Source: an uncultured Acidobacteriota bacterium
Lineage (GTDB): Bacteria; Acidobacteriota; Terriglobia; UBA7540
Assembly (NCBI GenBank): GCA_963804995.1
Contig: CAWDSK010000003.1
Coordinates: 1,440,001 to 1,504,000 of the forward strand
Direction: 5' to 3'
Length of the DNA: 64,000 nucleotides
Of the stretch, positions 49,217 to 59,144 are shown one piece after another (position 1 is the first letter of the stretch; every line of letters starts with the position of its first letter). Made by a program: the position numbers and the translations under genes. Under the pieces are notes generated by a model. That model searched no databases, was not told the origin of the DNA, and was given only the letters and a program-made list of their open reading frames with translations.

Positions 49217-49266
49217 GCTTCGCGCAGGTCCAGAGCAAAACGCGCGTTGAGTGAAAAGTAGGGGGC

Positions 49267-50076
49267 TCAGGGCTTGGCCAGCTTCTTCTCCAGTTGCCGG
49301 GCCTGGGCGTTAAGATCGCTCAACTGGCGAAGGTCATCGTCCGCCAGGGAGATGATGTTTTGGATGCGGGCCAAAGCCTCGCTGTTGAAGCCGCCGGGAT
49401 TCGGATTGCGGCTTGAATCCAGCATGCCGCTCATGGCGGTGAACTGACTGGTAATATCCCGATAGCGGCGCATGATCGAGGTCAAATAGACCTCGCGACG
49501 CTGATCCACGTCTTGCAGGCTCGAGGCCGCGCGGCGAAATTCAGCGGTGTGGTCAGAACCCTCCGGGTTTTCGCCCCGCAACTTGGCTCTCTCCGCCTCC
49601 AGAGCTGCCACGCGCTCCCGTGATGCCTGTACGTCAGCTTGCGCGGTGTCGAGTTCCTTTTGCAAGGCGTCGAGGCGGCCCTGCCAATCGGCTTGCAGCT
49701 TCCGATCATGCTCCTCGGCACTGGCAAGCGCCTTCGTGTGTTCTGCTGTAGAGGCAGCCAGTTGAGTTTGGAGCCCGGTAATCTCAGTACGTGCTTCGCC
49801 GAGGTCATTGGTGAGTTGTTGGATCGTAGCGTCACGCTTGGCGAGCATCGCGCCTTCATTACCATCCGGAGTCAGCGTTTCCGTCGATACGGGCGCCTGC
49901 TGAAGCTCGTGTTGCCGCAAGGTCTCCCGAAGCTCACCCAGGGATTTTGCATCCGCCTCGTGCTGACGCCGCAAGCTCGAGAGTTGTCGCCACTGAAAGA
50001 AGTCCACCCCCGCCGCACCCAACAGGGCAAGGGCCAGAACCAGGATAAGGTTGAGTTGCAATCGCCAGGGCCGCAT
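49267..50076 (-). CDS. Membrane-anchored long coiled-coil protein
   Basis: One N-terminal TM helix, then heptad-rich Q/E/R/L/A sequence; AGGAGG RBS. Confidence 0.8.
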   Translation of the reverse strand: MRPWRLQLNLILVLALALLGAAGVDFFQWRQLSSLRRQHEADAKSLGELRETLRQHELQQAPVSTETLTPDGNEGAMLAKRDATIQQLTNDLGEARTEITGLQTQLAASTAEHTKALASAEEHDRKLQADWQGRLDALQKELDTAQADVQASRERVAALEAERAKLRGENPEGSDHTAEFRRAASSLQDVDQRREVYLTSIMRRYRDITSQFTAMSGMLDSSRNPNPGGFNSEALARIQNIISLADDDLRQLSDLNAQARQLEKKLAKP

Positions 50077-50080
50077 GGGC

Positions 50081-51019
50081 TTATCCTCCTTTCGGATGGA
50101 AGCGCGTACGCCAGGAGAGGCGCAGATCTGTGTCATGGCATGGAGCGCTTAAATGGATTTGGGCGTTGTAGAAAAGCTTGGGGGGCAGCTCCAGGGTTAC
50201 CCTCCAAGCGCTCGATATTCGCGCGAACGTGGCAGCGATCGCATCCGGAATTTCGCCCACGGACCGGCAGATGCTGGCTCTGCCGCCCGTAGCGTCAGCC
50301 AGCGTCTCCAGACCATTTTGGTAGATGAGGTTGAGGCGATCCTGCCGGTAATTGAGATGAACCACAAACAGTGGCGCCTCAAGCGAGCCCTCATCCTGCA
50401 CGAGCTTCGCGATCTTCTCCTGCACCAGCGACCCGGGAAAGCGCCGGCTGAGATCATGGGGATCACTCTGATTGATGACGGGATTCGTGTAGTCCTCACG
50501 ATACCTGTAGATACTGCCGTCGGTAACGTAGAGGACGGCGACGCGCACGGGAGCCTTGCGCAGTAGCGCGTCCGCAAGCGAAAGCGCCTCCGGCACGGTT
50601 TCCAGCAATCCCGGCTCACCATTATTGGGAAGAGCATGCAGGGCGTCGAGCAACGGCTGGCGATTCGCCCCGGGGTCGGCCAATACGTGCAGCCCATCCT
50701 GGTCACGCAGGAGGCCCACCCAGGCGTTCTGAGGCAACTTGGAGATTTGCGCAGTGACCGCTTGCTTGGCGGCATCGATCAGCGAAAGGTCACCCGTGAG
50801 GTCGAAGATCACCAGAATGATTTGATCGCTGGTTGGACCTAGCTGCTCCGTGACGGGCACCGCCTTGCCGTTCAAGGTGGCCTCGAACTTCGCCGCAGGC
50901 TCGCAATCATTTCCCTCCACCCAGGCCGGAATGGAAATACTGGCCGCTTGGGCGTAGACGGCGGTTGGCATGGAAAGCGCCAAGAGTAGAGCCGCGAGAA
51001 AGACACCGAAGCGAGACAT
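50081..51019 (-). CDS. Secreted VWA-like domain protein
   Basis: Signal peptide; ILVIFDLTGD (degenerate MIDAS), VLYVTDG, L..LA.ATGG; TAATG overlap with upstream gene. Confidence 0.65.
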   Translation of the reverse strand: MSRFGVFLAALLLALSMPTAVYAQAASISIPAWVEGNDCEPAAKFEATLNGKAVPVTEQLGPTSDQIILVIFDLTGDLSLIDAAKQAVTAQISKLPQNAWVGLLRDQDGLHVLADPGANRQPLLDALHALPNNGEPGLLETVPEALSLADALLRKAPVRVAVLYVTDGSIYRYREDYTNPVINQSDPHDLSRRFPGSLVQEKIAKLVQDEGSLEAPLFVVHLNYRQDRLNLIYQNGLETLADATGGRASICRSVGEIPDAIAATFARISSAWRVTLELPPKLFYNAQIHLSAPCHDTDLRLSWRTRFHPKGG

Positions 51020-53814
51020 TAGAAGCTGAACTTTAGCCCCAGTTGCACGACGCGTCCACCATGCGAGCCGATGATCTTGCCGGCATCAACGTTGGGTGCG
51101 TCAGCGGGGCCGATGTTGGGATCGGGATAGTTCCAGTTGCCGTGATTCAAAAAGTTGAAAGCTGTAGCCGTGAACTCCAGAGCGCGATCGCTTCCCATGC
51201 GCAGGCGCTTACCCAGGCTGACATCCATGGAATTGAAGCCTGGCCCTAACAGGTCAGGCTCCGTGCGGGGGCCGTTGCCCAGGGTGAAGTCAGGTGGCTG
51301 ATCGAAGGCCGCGGGGTTATACCACCCGGACGGCCCCGGACTTGCCACGTGCGGGTCGACACCCGGCACCACGTTGACGTTCAGGGTGGTCAGCACGCCT
51401 CCCGTGTTGTTGAATTCCGGATGCAGGCCCAGGGGTGTTCCGTCGTTCCAGTAAGCCGTGCCGCTCAGCGACCAGCCACTCAGCAGCGCTCCGCCCAGGC
51501 CGGGAAAATGGAGCCAGGGCTGGTCGGCGCCAAAGGGCAGCTCATAAATATAACTTAGTTGTAAATACTGAGGCGTGTTATACGACGTTAACGCCCAATC
51601 GTTACGAAAGTTGAGGAAATCCTGGTTCCCATAAGGTCCCGAATAGTCGTCGAGCTGCTTCGAGAATTCGTAGTAAGCCGTGAAGGTGAGCCCGAAAGAG
51701 GCGCGCTTCTCTAACCTGACAAAGCCGGAATCCCGCTGGTACCGGCCTGCCGGGTAGAGACCGTAAACGTCGAAACCCCAGAACTGCGGGTAGGGTTGCA
51801 GGGTTTCCCGGAAGGTTTGGGTATAGAGCGCGTCCCCGTAACTCAGGTTGCTGGGGTTGATGGCATTGGGGTTGGCGGCCGCGTTGCCCACCAGGGTGTC
51901 CCGGCCGTAGGTGTGGTGAGCCCCCGCCGAAACCACCAGGGAGAAGGGTATCTCACGCTCGACAGATAGCACCGCCGATTGATAGACGGGCTCCCGCTTC
52001 GACAAATCAATGAAATCCGCCGTCGTATTGTCGGCAGCCGAGGGGCTGAGATCCGGCAGCGGCATGCCCAGCGGCGGCAGGGGGGCCGCGAGGTTGAGCG
52101 CGGGACTGAGCTGAGTGTTCGGTGAGATGAAGGTTTGGCGGGCGTTAAAACCCTGCGTGCCCCACTGGCCGTCGTAAATTGGAACCTGGGTGTGCCAGCG
52201 GTCGAAGGAAGCCCGCACCACGGTTTTGGGATTGCCGCGGGGGTTCCAGGTGATTCCCACACTGGGGTCGAGATCGTAATTGGTAGGGCGCAACCCGCGA
52301 GAAATCCCGCCCACCCCAGCGAATACCAAGGCGCCGGGAAGCCCGTTCGAAGGGTCAATCACCACGGGATCGATGGTGCTTTGACGATTGTACTTCTCTA
52401 CCCGCGGTGTATGGAGATTGAAGGTAAGACTGGCGTTCACGATCAAGTTCTTCGAGAGCGCGTACTTGTCACCCATCGTAAGGGAATCATTGGAGTGACG
52501 AAAATAGGAGGGCGAGGTGATGAATGTGCGTTCCGCATAGGCCGGCAGGCCCAATAGAAAGCTTGCAAAGGGATATCCGGTGTCGATGATCCCCGGCAGG
52601 CTGGTGATATCCGCTGAGAATTGGAACTCGCCGGAGGGGTAGGCCGCATTGAACGAATTTACCGCGTAGTGAAAGAGTTCAGCCGTCAACCGCAAGGAGT
52701 GTTTGCCCTTTTGGGCCGACAGCTCGTCGCGAAGGTCGAGCCAAATATGGGCGTTGCGAGTGTCCGGATATCCCGTGCCCATGGAAAGATAGTCGCCGAG
52801 TTGATAATTTGGGAAGGCGGCTTGAGTATTGGCTCCCGACTGCACCACGCCGGAACTTGCCGTCAGGCTTACAGAGTTGACGGTCTTGGAGCTGGCTGTA
52901 TAAACGTAGTCGAGCTCCGTGCGCCACGTGGAAAAATGTTGTTCCGGCGCCGTGGGGCTCGCGAGGTTCGGAAAGTACTTGGCGGAGCTCAGAAAACCTC
53001 TGGAAATCGTGGTGAGCAAGGTCAGCCGGTGCCGGTCGCCAAAAGGATGGTCAAGCTTGGCAATGATTCCGTCCGCAGTGTCTAATTGCGGGGCATTGAC
53101 GAAGTAGTTGTTTTGAAAAAACGGCCCGATGTCGGTGTTGGGCGCAGGATAAAGGGATAAAGCCTGCTGGACGTTCGCGGCCAGGCGGGAGGACGGAATA
53201 ATGTTTCCGGGAAACTGCGAACGCAAGTACTGAAGGTTGGTCGTCGAGACCGCCTGGGTCGGATCGTAAGCCGGATTGGGAGTAGTCGCGTTCGGGTCAT
53301 AAATGGGCAGCGGCAGGCCGGCTTCGTCCACCGTTTGCGAGAAATCACCCTGGCGTTCCGCCATCGTGGGGACGGTGTGCAACGAGGCACGGAAGATACT
53401 TTCGCGGACGCCTTCGTAAGACACCATGAAGAAGGTGTTACCGGGTTTCGCCATCAGATGGGGGATGAAGAGGGGGCCGCCCACATTGAATCCGAATTGG
53501 TTGCGGCGTAGAGGAGAGTTGCTCTCGCCATTTTGCCTCACTTCGTGGGGAATGGCATCGAGCACATCGTTCCGGAAGTTTTCATAGAGGCGGCCGTGCC
53601 AAAGCATCTTCTTGGCGCGTTGTTGTTGTACAGAGGGAGGACTGTCAGGGCGCATCCCTAAATCGCGGGTCAGGACCTTGAATTCGCCAGCCGCTTCCGC
53701 CAGGGGGTCAGGCTGCTTGGTGAGAGAGGGGCCGCCGTCCAGCGCCGCCAGGGGCAACGCGACGGTGAGTACAGTGAGGGCCAGCCACCAAAACCATCGA
53801 ACCAAAGTTCTCAT
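51019..53814 (-). CDS. Oar-type outer-membrane beta-barrel lacking the N-terminal domain and most of the plug
   Basis: HG.LYE.FRN.VLDA about 50 aa after the signal peptide; NQFGFNVGGP, VPT.AER.GDFS, C-terminal RVVQLGLKFSF. Confidence 0.85.
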   Translation of the reverse strand: MRTLVRWFWWLALTVLTVALPLAALDGGPSLTKQPDPLAEAAGEFKVLTRDLGMRPDSPPSVQQQRAKKMLWHGRLYENFRNDVLDAIPHEVRQNGESNSPLRRNQFGFNVGGPLFIPHLMAKPGNTFFMVSYEGVRESIFRASLHTVPTMAERQGDFSQTVDEAGLPLPIYDPNATTPNPAYDPTQAVSTTNLQYLRSQFPGNIIPSSRLAANVQQALSLYPAPNTDIGPFFQNNYFVNAPQLDTADGIIAKLDHPFGDRHRLTLLTTISRGFLSSAKYFPNLASPTAPEQHFSTWRTELDYVYTASSKTVNSVSLTASSGVVQSGANTQAAFPNYQLGDYLSMGTGYPDTRNAHIWLDLRDELSAQKGKHSLRLTAELFHYAVNSFNAAYPSGEFQFSADITSLPGIIDTGYPFASFLLGLPAYAERTFITSPSYFRHSNDSLTMGDKYALSKNLIVNASLTFNLHTPRVEKYNRQSTIDPVVIDPSNGLPGALVFAGVGGISRGLRPTNYDLDPSVGITWNPRGNPKTVVRASFDRWHTQVPIYDGQWGTQGFNARQTFISPNTQLSPALNLAAPLPPLGMPLPDLSPSAADNTTADFIDLSKREPVYQSAVLSVEREIPFSLVVSAGAHHTYGRDTLVGNAAANPNAINPSNLSYGDALYTQTFRETLQPYPQFWGFDVYGLYPAGRYQRDSGFVRLEKRASFGLTFTAYYEFSKQLDDYSGPYGNQDFLNFRNDWALTSYNTPQYLQLSYIYELPFGADQPWLHFPGLGGALLSGWSLSGTAYWNDGTPLGLHPEFNNTGGVLTTLNVNVVPGVDPHVASPGPSGWYNPAAFDQPPDFTLGNGPRTEPDLLGPGFNSMDVSLGKRLRMGSDRALEFTATAFNFLNHGNWNYPDPNIGPADAPNVDAGKIIGSHGGRVVQLGLKFSF

Positions 53815-53954
53815 TTGGACTTCCAACCACCTCGAATATATACTTCGGCCCTTAACGTCGCAAGCTTTCGGAGAATACGGTAGTGGCGCCAGTACATTCC
53901 AGCACTCATTCGCATCGATAGTTTCTTCCCTATTCTTCCCCTAATTTTTATCAA

Positions 53955-54100
53955 CTCCCTTTCTTTTCATAAACATTCTAGGTTAGCAGCGATAAGTAGT
54001 TTATTTTTGTGCAACATTCAAGGTTCAGAGTGAATTTGCGCCAAGTCAATTTTCTATCTGATTTATTTTCATCAACATTCAAGGTTATACCTGCATTTTA
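53955..54100. repeat. AT-rich element with three ...TTTTCA-NN-AACATTC-NA-GGTT units
   Basis: Units at ~53960, 54001 and 54062; ends ataCCtgCATTTT like the 41530 copy. Confidence 0.65.
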
Positions 54101-54429
54101 ACATCCTATTTTCATTCGGAATGCCATCAAGGGGGGGATTTAAAGGGTTATGGGACTTGCCGAGTCCCCCAGGTAGTGGTGCAGTTTGATGTAGAGGCGT
54201 TCATCCCGATCTGATCGGGACGCCGCCATATGGCGAGGTAAACTCGCCGCTACAACATCAAACTGCGCGCCTGCCATCCCCCAACTTCATTCGACAATTT
54301 TGCCACCTGGGCGTATATCTGTTTTTTTCTCTTTAAGGGGATCGCCACAACCTAAACGATGATTGCCGTCCAGGCGCACGAGTCTGCCGACCGTTGGTAG
54401 CTCGGCCGCCACCCAATTCATTTTCGGGG

Positions 54430-54520
54430 GGAGTACTGCCGGAAACCGCGGCCGAAATCGGGGACGTGCAGGTTCGCAATAAGGGAACGCTGGGCGGGAG
54501 TCGGGCAACGGCTCATCCTG
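54430..54520 (+). pseudogene. Short remnant of a CoxM/xanthine dehydrogenase FAD-binding subunit
   Basis: VLPETAAEIGDVQVRNKGTLGGS..TAH matches the IGDxQVRNxGTxGG motif. Confidence 0.65.
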
Positions 54521-54664
54521 GGCGCCGCCCGGCAAATCGTGAATCACTTCTTCACCACGTTCTCAAAGGAAGTCCAACAGTCATCACTCCAACCAGATTC
54601 TGACGTACACGGACAGGCTTGAGGGCGGCGAGCGGCCAGCCCCTTGATGCCCCGCGCAAAAATC

Positions 54665-55825
54665 TTACCCCGCTTGCTGCGAAACCAGGCGCAGGCGCTC
54701 CCCGATGATTTTTGCCGCGGAAGGACATCCGCGAACGAACCCGTAAAAGGGGCCAAAGTCCTGGGAAGCTACCAAGCCCGTCAAGAACAGTCCGGGCACA
54801 CTGGTTTGGAAATCCTCGTTGAGGATGGGGTAGCCGCCATGAACTTTCAGATGAGACAGGATGGTGGCCTTGGAGAGGTAGGGCACTTGACGCATATTGA
54901 CGTGATAGCCGGTGGCCAGGATGATGTGGTCCACTTCTACTGTTTCCCCATCCGTAAGGCGCACGCTCAGGCCTCCGTCGGGTAAGACTTTCGAGCCCTC
55001 GACGCTCCGATGGGGCCAGAGTTTGACATTGGGTTTGCTGACGCGCGGAGCGAGCCAGGGTTCCAATTTCAAACGCCCCTCGGCCCAGAAACGCTTTTCA
55101 ATCGCCTCTCTCTCCTTGGGGGGCAAATGGCGGTACCAACCGCGCACCCTGACCGTCAAATCCATCAGGGGATCAACCCAGGTCCAGTCCGACGCCGTAA
55201 ACAGCGGGGTGTCATGTCGATAAACGAGGTGCACTTCCTTGACGCCGGCCTCTGTCATCAGCGCTGCCCATTCGAAAGCGCTCTGGCGGCCCCCAACGAT
55301 GAGGCACCGCAGGTCGCGCAGCGCTTCAAAGTTCACCGTCTCACAGGAATGCGTAAAGCGGCCTGCGGGGAGCTTCGCAACCAGGTCAGCGGGGACATTC
55401 CGGAAAAAGTTCAGCCCAGGCGCGGCCAACACGTTTTTTGCGATCACGGCTTCACCGCTGTCGAAGAAGGCCTCGAACTCGCCATGGCGCCTTTCCAACC
55501 TCCGCACGTAGGAAGGGATGGTCTTGATACCAACCTCTTTGATAAACCAGTCAACGTACTCAACGTACAAGTTCACCGAGATGGGATCCACCTGCGCCGG
55601 CTTCAGGCCCTTCGTATCCAGGAAGCGCTCAAAGGTGTGGATCTCCAGCGCATCCATGTGCCAGTTGGAGCCGGAGCGCAGATGCATACCTTTGGGCATG
55701 CGGTTCCGCCAGAATTCCATGGGCTTGCCCAGAATGGCGAAGTCAATTCCGAGGTGCTTCGCATAAGCCGCGGTGGCAAGCCCGTAAGGTCCCGCGCCAA
55801 TGATAAGCAGTTGCTTCCTCGCCAT
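54665..55825 (-). CDS. FAD/NAD(P)-dependent oxidoreductase
   Basis: IIGAGPYGL, MPKGM.LRS, VGGRQSA.E, LATGY, TSVPGLF..G. Confidence 0.88.
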   Translation of the reverse strand: MARKQLLIIGAGPYGLATAAYAKHLGIDFAILGKPMEFWRNRMPKGMHLRSGSNWHMDALEIHTFERFLDTKGLKPAQVDPISVNLYVEYVDWFIKEVGIKTIPSYVRRLERRHGEFEAFFDSGEAVIAKNVLAAPGLNFFRNVPADLVAKLPAGRFTHSCETVNFEALRDLRCLIVGGRQSAFEWAALMTEAGVKEVHLVYRHDTPLFTASDWTWVDPLMDLTVRVRGWYRHLPPKEREAIEKRFWAEGRLKLEPWLAPRVSKPNVKLWPHRSVEGSKVLPDGGLSVRLTDGETVEVDHIILATGYHVNMRQVPYLSKATILSHLKVHGGYPILNEDFQTSVPGLFLTGLVASQDFGPFYGFVRGCPSAAKIIGERLRLVSQQAG

Positions 55826-56121
55826 AGGATTGATTGCCCCCTGGGCGCAAGCGCCAGCACAAGTTGCTCCATGCTTACGGCCTGATACAGTTGTAAGGTT
55901 TTGAGCGGTTGACCGCTCGCCGATGCGGACACCTCATTCTAAGTCATCCCGCAAATTTCCGAAAGAGGTTATGTATTATTTCTGTAGGCCAGCACAGAAC
56001 AAGTAACCGAAGAGGTATTGGGGGTCTAACCCGGGTTCCCGCCGGTGAGTGGAAGGGTGCGGTGGCTGGCTTGTCACGGATCCCGCCGCACTCCCCCCGT
56101 GCGACGCTGCTGGAAAATCGG

Positions 56122-56232
56122 CAGTGGTGCAGTTTGGTTTTTTGTAGCAGCGGTCGGAGTTTACCCCGCAGGAGCGGGGACCGCCGAATTCGCCAACGGC
56201 GATCAGAGATCGCCGCTACAGCAAACTGTGCC
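56122..56232. repeat. agtggtgcagtttg-bounded element enclosing a GTAG palindrome; related to 54174-54268
   Basis: Shared left end agtggtgcagtttg and right end caaactg. Confidence 0.55.
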
Positions 56233-56432
56233 GCCACCGGAAAATCCGCACATTCGAGGGTGATGGGGATAGAATTGTAGAGACCGCGAGGCGCGGCCCC
56301 GCTCCGCCCAAGCAACCCGGTCGCCTGGTTGAGAAATCCAAGCAAGTGGAAACGGACGGCGGAAATGACAACAGCGATCTAACCAACGCTTACGGCTGTC
56401 CGAAGGACTCCATACGAGGTAGAAAGGTGAAC

Positions 56433-57743
56433 ATGCTGGAGCACCCTGTAAACTCAGCAGTGAAGCACAACGTGAACTCGTCTCGTGTGGCGACGGTTGT
56501 CACCTTACTGGCGACGTTGCTTTTTCTGCACCCGGCTGCATCATCCTGGGGTGCGGCTAATGGCAAGCCACTCGCGGCGGGGGCGGCCACCCTTCCCGCG
56601 GGAACCATCCTCTACTTGCACCTCAAGAATGCGGTCAGCACCAAGACTTCGAAGCCAGGACAAGCCACAACTGCCAGCTTGGTGCGCGAAGTGGCAGCGC
56701 AGGGGGGAATAGCCATCCCTCTCGGCTCGACGTTGAACGGTACCATTGAGAAATGCGCCCAGCCGTCCACGTCGACGGAGCGGGCCCAGCTCCTGCTGAA
56801 TTTTGGCCAGATCTCGATCCCGGGCGAGGGGACCTTCAACGTGAAAGGGCGCGTCAGCGAAGTCAGCAACGCGCGAGAATCGCTGCTCGCGGACGGGACC
56901 ATCGTGGGAGTTCAGGAGAGCGAAGCTCCGGCCTCGCTGCTGGGTGGAGCTTTGGCTAAACTTGGCCAGATGGATCCCTCCATTAACGACCAGATCCAGA
57001 AGCAAAAGATCGGTCAGGTCAACACCGCGATCGAATATCCCGCGGGCGCCGATTTTCAGTTCACACTCACCGAGCCTCTGACGGTGAGGCAGCTCCTCGC
57101 GTCCTCAGGACCGGGCCGGCTTCCGTCTGACCTGCGAGGTGCCGTCGAGAACGTCCTCGGCAATGCTCCCCAGCGTGCCGTAAGCAAAGACCAGAAGCCT
57201 GGCGACCCGATTAACCTGGTCTTTGTGGGTACCGCGCAAGAGATCAGACAAGCCTTCACTCAGGCCGGCTGGACTGAGCCCAAGAAGAAGAACCAGCAAT
57301 CCATTTGGAAGACCGCCCAGGCCGTGATCAACGATGAAGGGTATGGCATGGCCCCGGTTTCCGACCTCTACTGTTACGGGCGGAAAGAAGATATCGCCTT
57401 TGAGAAGACCCTCAACACCTTCAACAAACGCCACCACCTGCGGCTGTGGCAAACACAGGCGAACGCCCCCGACGGCCGCCCCATCTGGTTGGCCGCCGCA
57501 ACCCACGATATCGGTATCGATGTCCACCCTGGAGTCGTTTCACACGCTACCGACCCCAATCTCGATGACGAGCGCACGCAGGTGGGCGCTGACCTGGTTG
57601 CGGCGCAGGCGGTTATGGCCGCCGAACCCGTGGCCCCCCCCAACCCTTTGAGCAGCGGCATGACCGCCACCGGTGGGCAGTGGCATACCGATGGTAGGCT
57701 GCTGGTAATTGACGTGAAGGCCGGTGCGGCGGCGTCCCTGTAA
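56433..57743 (+). CDS. Secreted protein with N-terminal TrbI-like beta domain and C-terminal LssY_C domain
   Basis: LPAGT.L...VST; PGDPINLVFVG, APVSDLY..GR.ED.AF, RHHLRLW, W..AATHD.G. Confidence 0.8.
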   Translation: MLEHPVNSAVKHNVNSSRVATVVTLLATLLFLHPAASSWGAANGKPLAAGAATLPAGTILYLHLKNAVSTKTSKPGQATTASLVREVAAQGGIAIPLGSTLNGTIEKCAQPSTSTERAQLLLNFGQISIPGEGTFNVKGRVSEVSNARESLLADGTIVGVQESEAPASLLGGALAKLGQMDPSINDQIQKQKIGQVNTAIEYPAGADFQFTLTEPLTVRQLLASSGPGRLPSDLRGAVENVLGNAPQRAVSKDQKPGDPINLVFVGTAQEIRQAFTQAGWTEPKKKNQQSIWKTAQAVINDEGYGMAPVSDLYCYGRKEDIAFEKTLNTFNKRHHLRLWQTQANAPDGRPIWLAAATHDIGIDVHPGVVSHATDPNLDDERTQVGADLVAAQAVMAAEPVAPPNPLSSGMTATGGQWHTDGRLLVIDVKAGAAASL

Positions 57744-58002
57744 GACCGAGAGTGGCCACGGGCGGAAACAAATTAGGCAGCGCTAATCTTCGTGCGGGAT
57801 GGCATCCCGTGCACCACCCGGTGGACACTTCGCCCACTACAAATCTCCTCAAGTTTATCTGTGCCTGGCCGATAGAGATAACAGTGGCATAACCCGCCAG
57901 CGCGGCTGATTGACCCGCCCAATGGCAGCGCTGAGCCCTTGGCGGCAAGTTCGACGACCCCTTCGCCCCGACGAACACCCCTTGCCGCCAAGGCACCCTC
58001 CT

Positions 58003-58130
58003 CTAGCAGGCTGTTGAAGAACCCTTACGGTGCGAAGTAGCGGCGGGTTTACCCCGCCATATCGCCAACGATTTCAACCGCGGATGGCGGGGTAAACCCG
58101 CCGCTACGTCGTTTTTCATCAGCCTGCTAG
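58003..58130. mobile_element. MITE-like element (ctagcaggctg.tgaa ends) enclosing a GTAG REP doublet
   Basis: ctagcaggctgttgaagaac ... gtttttcatcagcctgctag. Confidence 0.7.
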
Positions 58131-58231
58131 AAATCTCCACCCCACGCACCCGTAGCCGGTCAGCCTCCAAGTGCGACTTATTTCCAAAGCATCTGATTGT
58201 GCCCATTTTGGGAACATGGTAAGATGGGCGG

Positions 58232-58555
58232 GTGCGCGTCATCGCCCGGAATACGCTCGTTCGGTTCATCGAGAATTTGACCGGCCATAGGGATCATCGC
58301 GCCGTCAAAACCGCACTGGACGCTTGGTTCCACGAAGCCAGGCAGGCGGAATGGAAAAAACCGGCCGATGTGAAAAAGTATTATGGATACGCCAGCCTCG
58401 TGGGGACTGACCGGGTGGTCTTTAATATCAAGGGGAACGACTATCGCCTGGTCACTGCCATCGACTACCGTCGCGGTATTGTATCTATTAAATGGCTGGG
58501 CAGCCATAGGGAGTACGACAAGATAGATGCGAGGACGGTGCAATATGCTGATTAA
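58232..58555 (+). CDS. higB: HigB toxin
   Basis: MRVIA...W..P.DVK, RVVFNIKGNDYRLV, GSH.EYDKID. Confidence 0.92.
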   Translation: MRVIARNTLVRFIENLTGHRDHRAVKTALDAWFHEARQAEWKKPADVKKYYGYASLVGTDRVVFNIKGNDYRLVTAIDYRRGIVSIKWLGSHREYDKIDARTVQYAD

Positions 58556-58922
58556 ACCCATCAAGACTGAAGCCGATCATGCGGCGGCGCTCCACGAAAT
58601 CGAACGCCTTTGGGGAGCGGAGGAGCGGACTTCAGAGGGAGATCGACTGGAGGTCTTGACAACTCTGGTCGAGGCCTACGAGCAGGCACATTTTCCTATG
58701 GATGCTCCCGACCCCATTGAGGCCATAAAGTTCCGGCTGGAGCAGCAGGGAGCGGATAAGAAGACGCTGATCGGCGTGATCGGCAATCGGACGCGAGTTT
58801 ACGAAGTGCTTCGCCGGGATCGGCCCCTGTCATTGGGCATGATCCGCCGGCTGAATCAGACCTTGAATATTCCCGCCGAGGTCCTGATTCGCCCGGTCCG
58901 CAAACGTAAACGAACCGCGTAG
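58545..58922 (+). CDS. higA: HigA antitoxin (HTH)
   Basis: IKPIKTEADH, LVEAYE, PDPIEAIKFRLEQ, LSL.MIRRL. Confidence 0.92.
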   Translation: MLIKPIKTEADHAAALHEIERLWGAEERTSEGDRLEVLTTLVEAYEQAHFPMDAPDPIEAIKFRLEQQGADKKTLIGVIGNRTRVYEVLRRDRPLSLGMIRRLNQTLNIPAEVLIRPVRKRKRTA

Positions 58923-59144
58923 TTATCTGCTATCGTTCTGGCAGCAATAGTGGGAAACGCCGACACGGGAGGTCGTAAACCCAACGAAACAGGGTCTGCG
59001 CCGGCCAGCGTAGCGAAGCCGCGCCAGCCGTGCCGAGGGCGGTGCGTCAGTTTTAATCCAAATTGAACCATTATCCCCACGCTGCATCGTCTCGCTCCGC
59101 CCAAAATCTGTTAGAATGACTATTCGGGCTACTCAGCAGAAGAC

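Noticed and set aside
53955..54100. AT-rich direct repeats as a CRISPR array
   Set aside because: Only three degenerate units with unequal spacing and no cas genes in the window.
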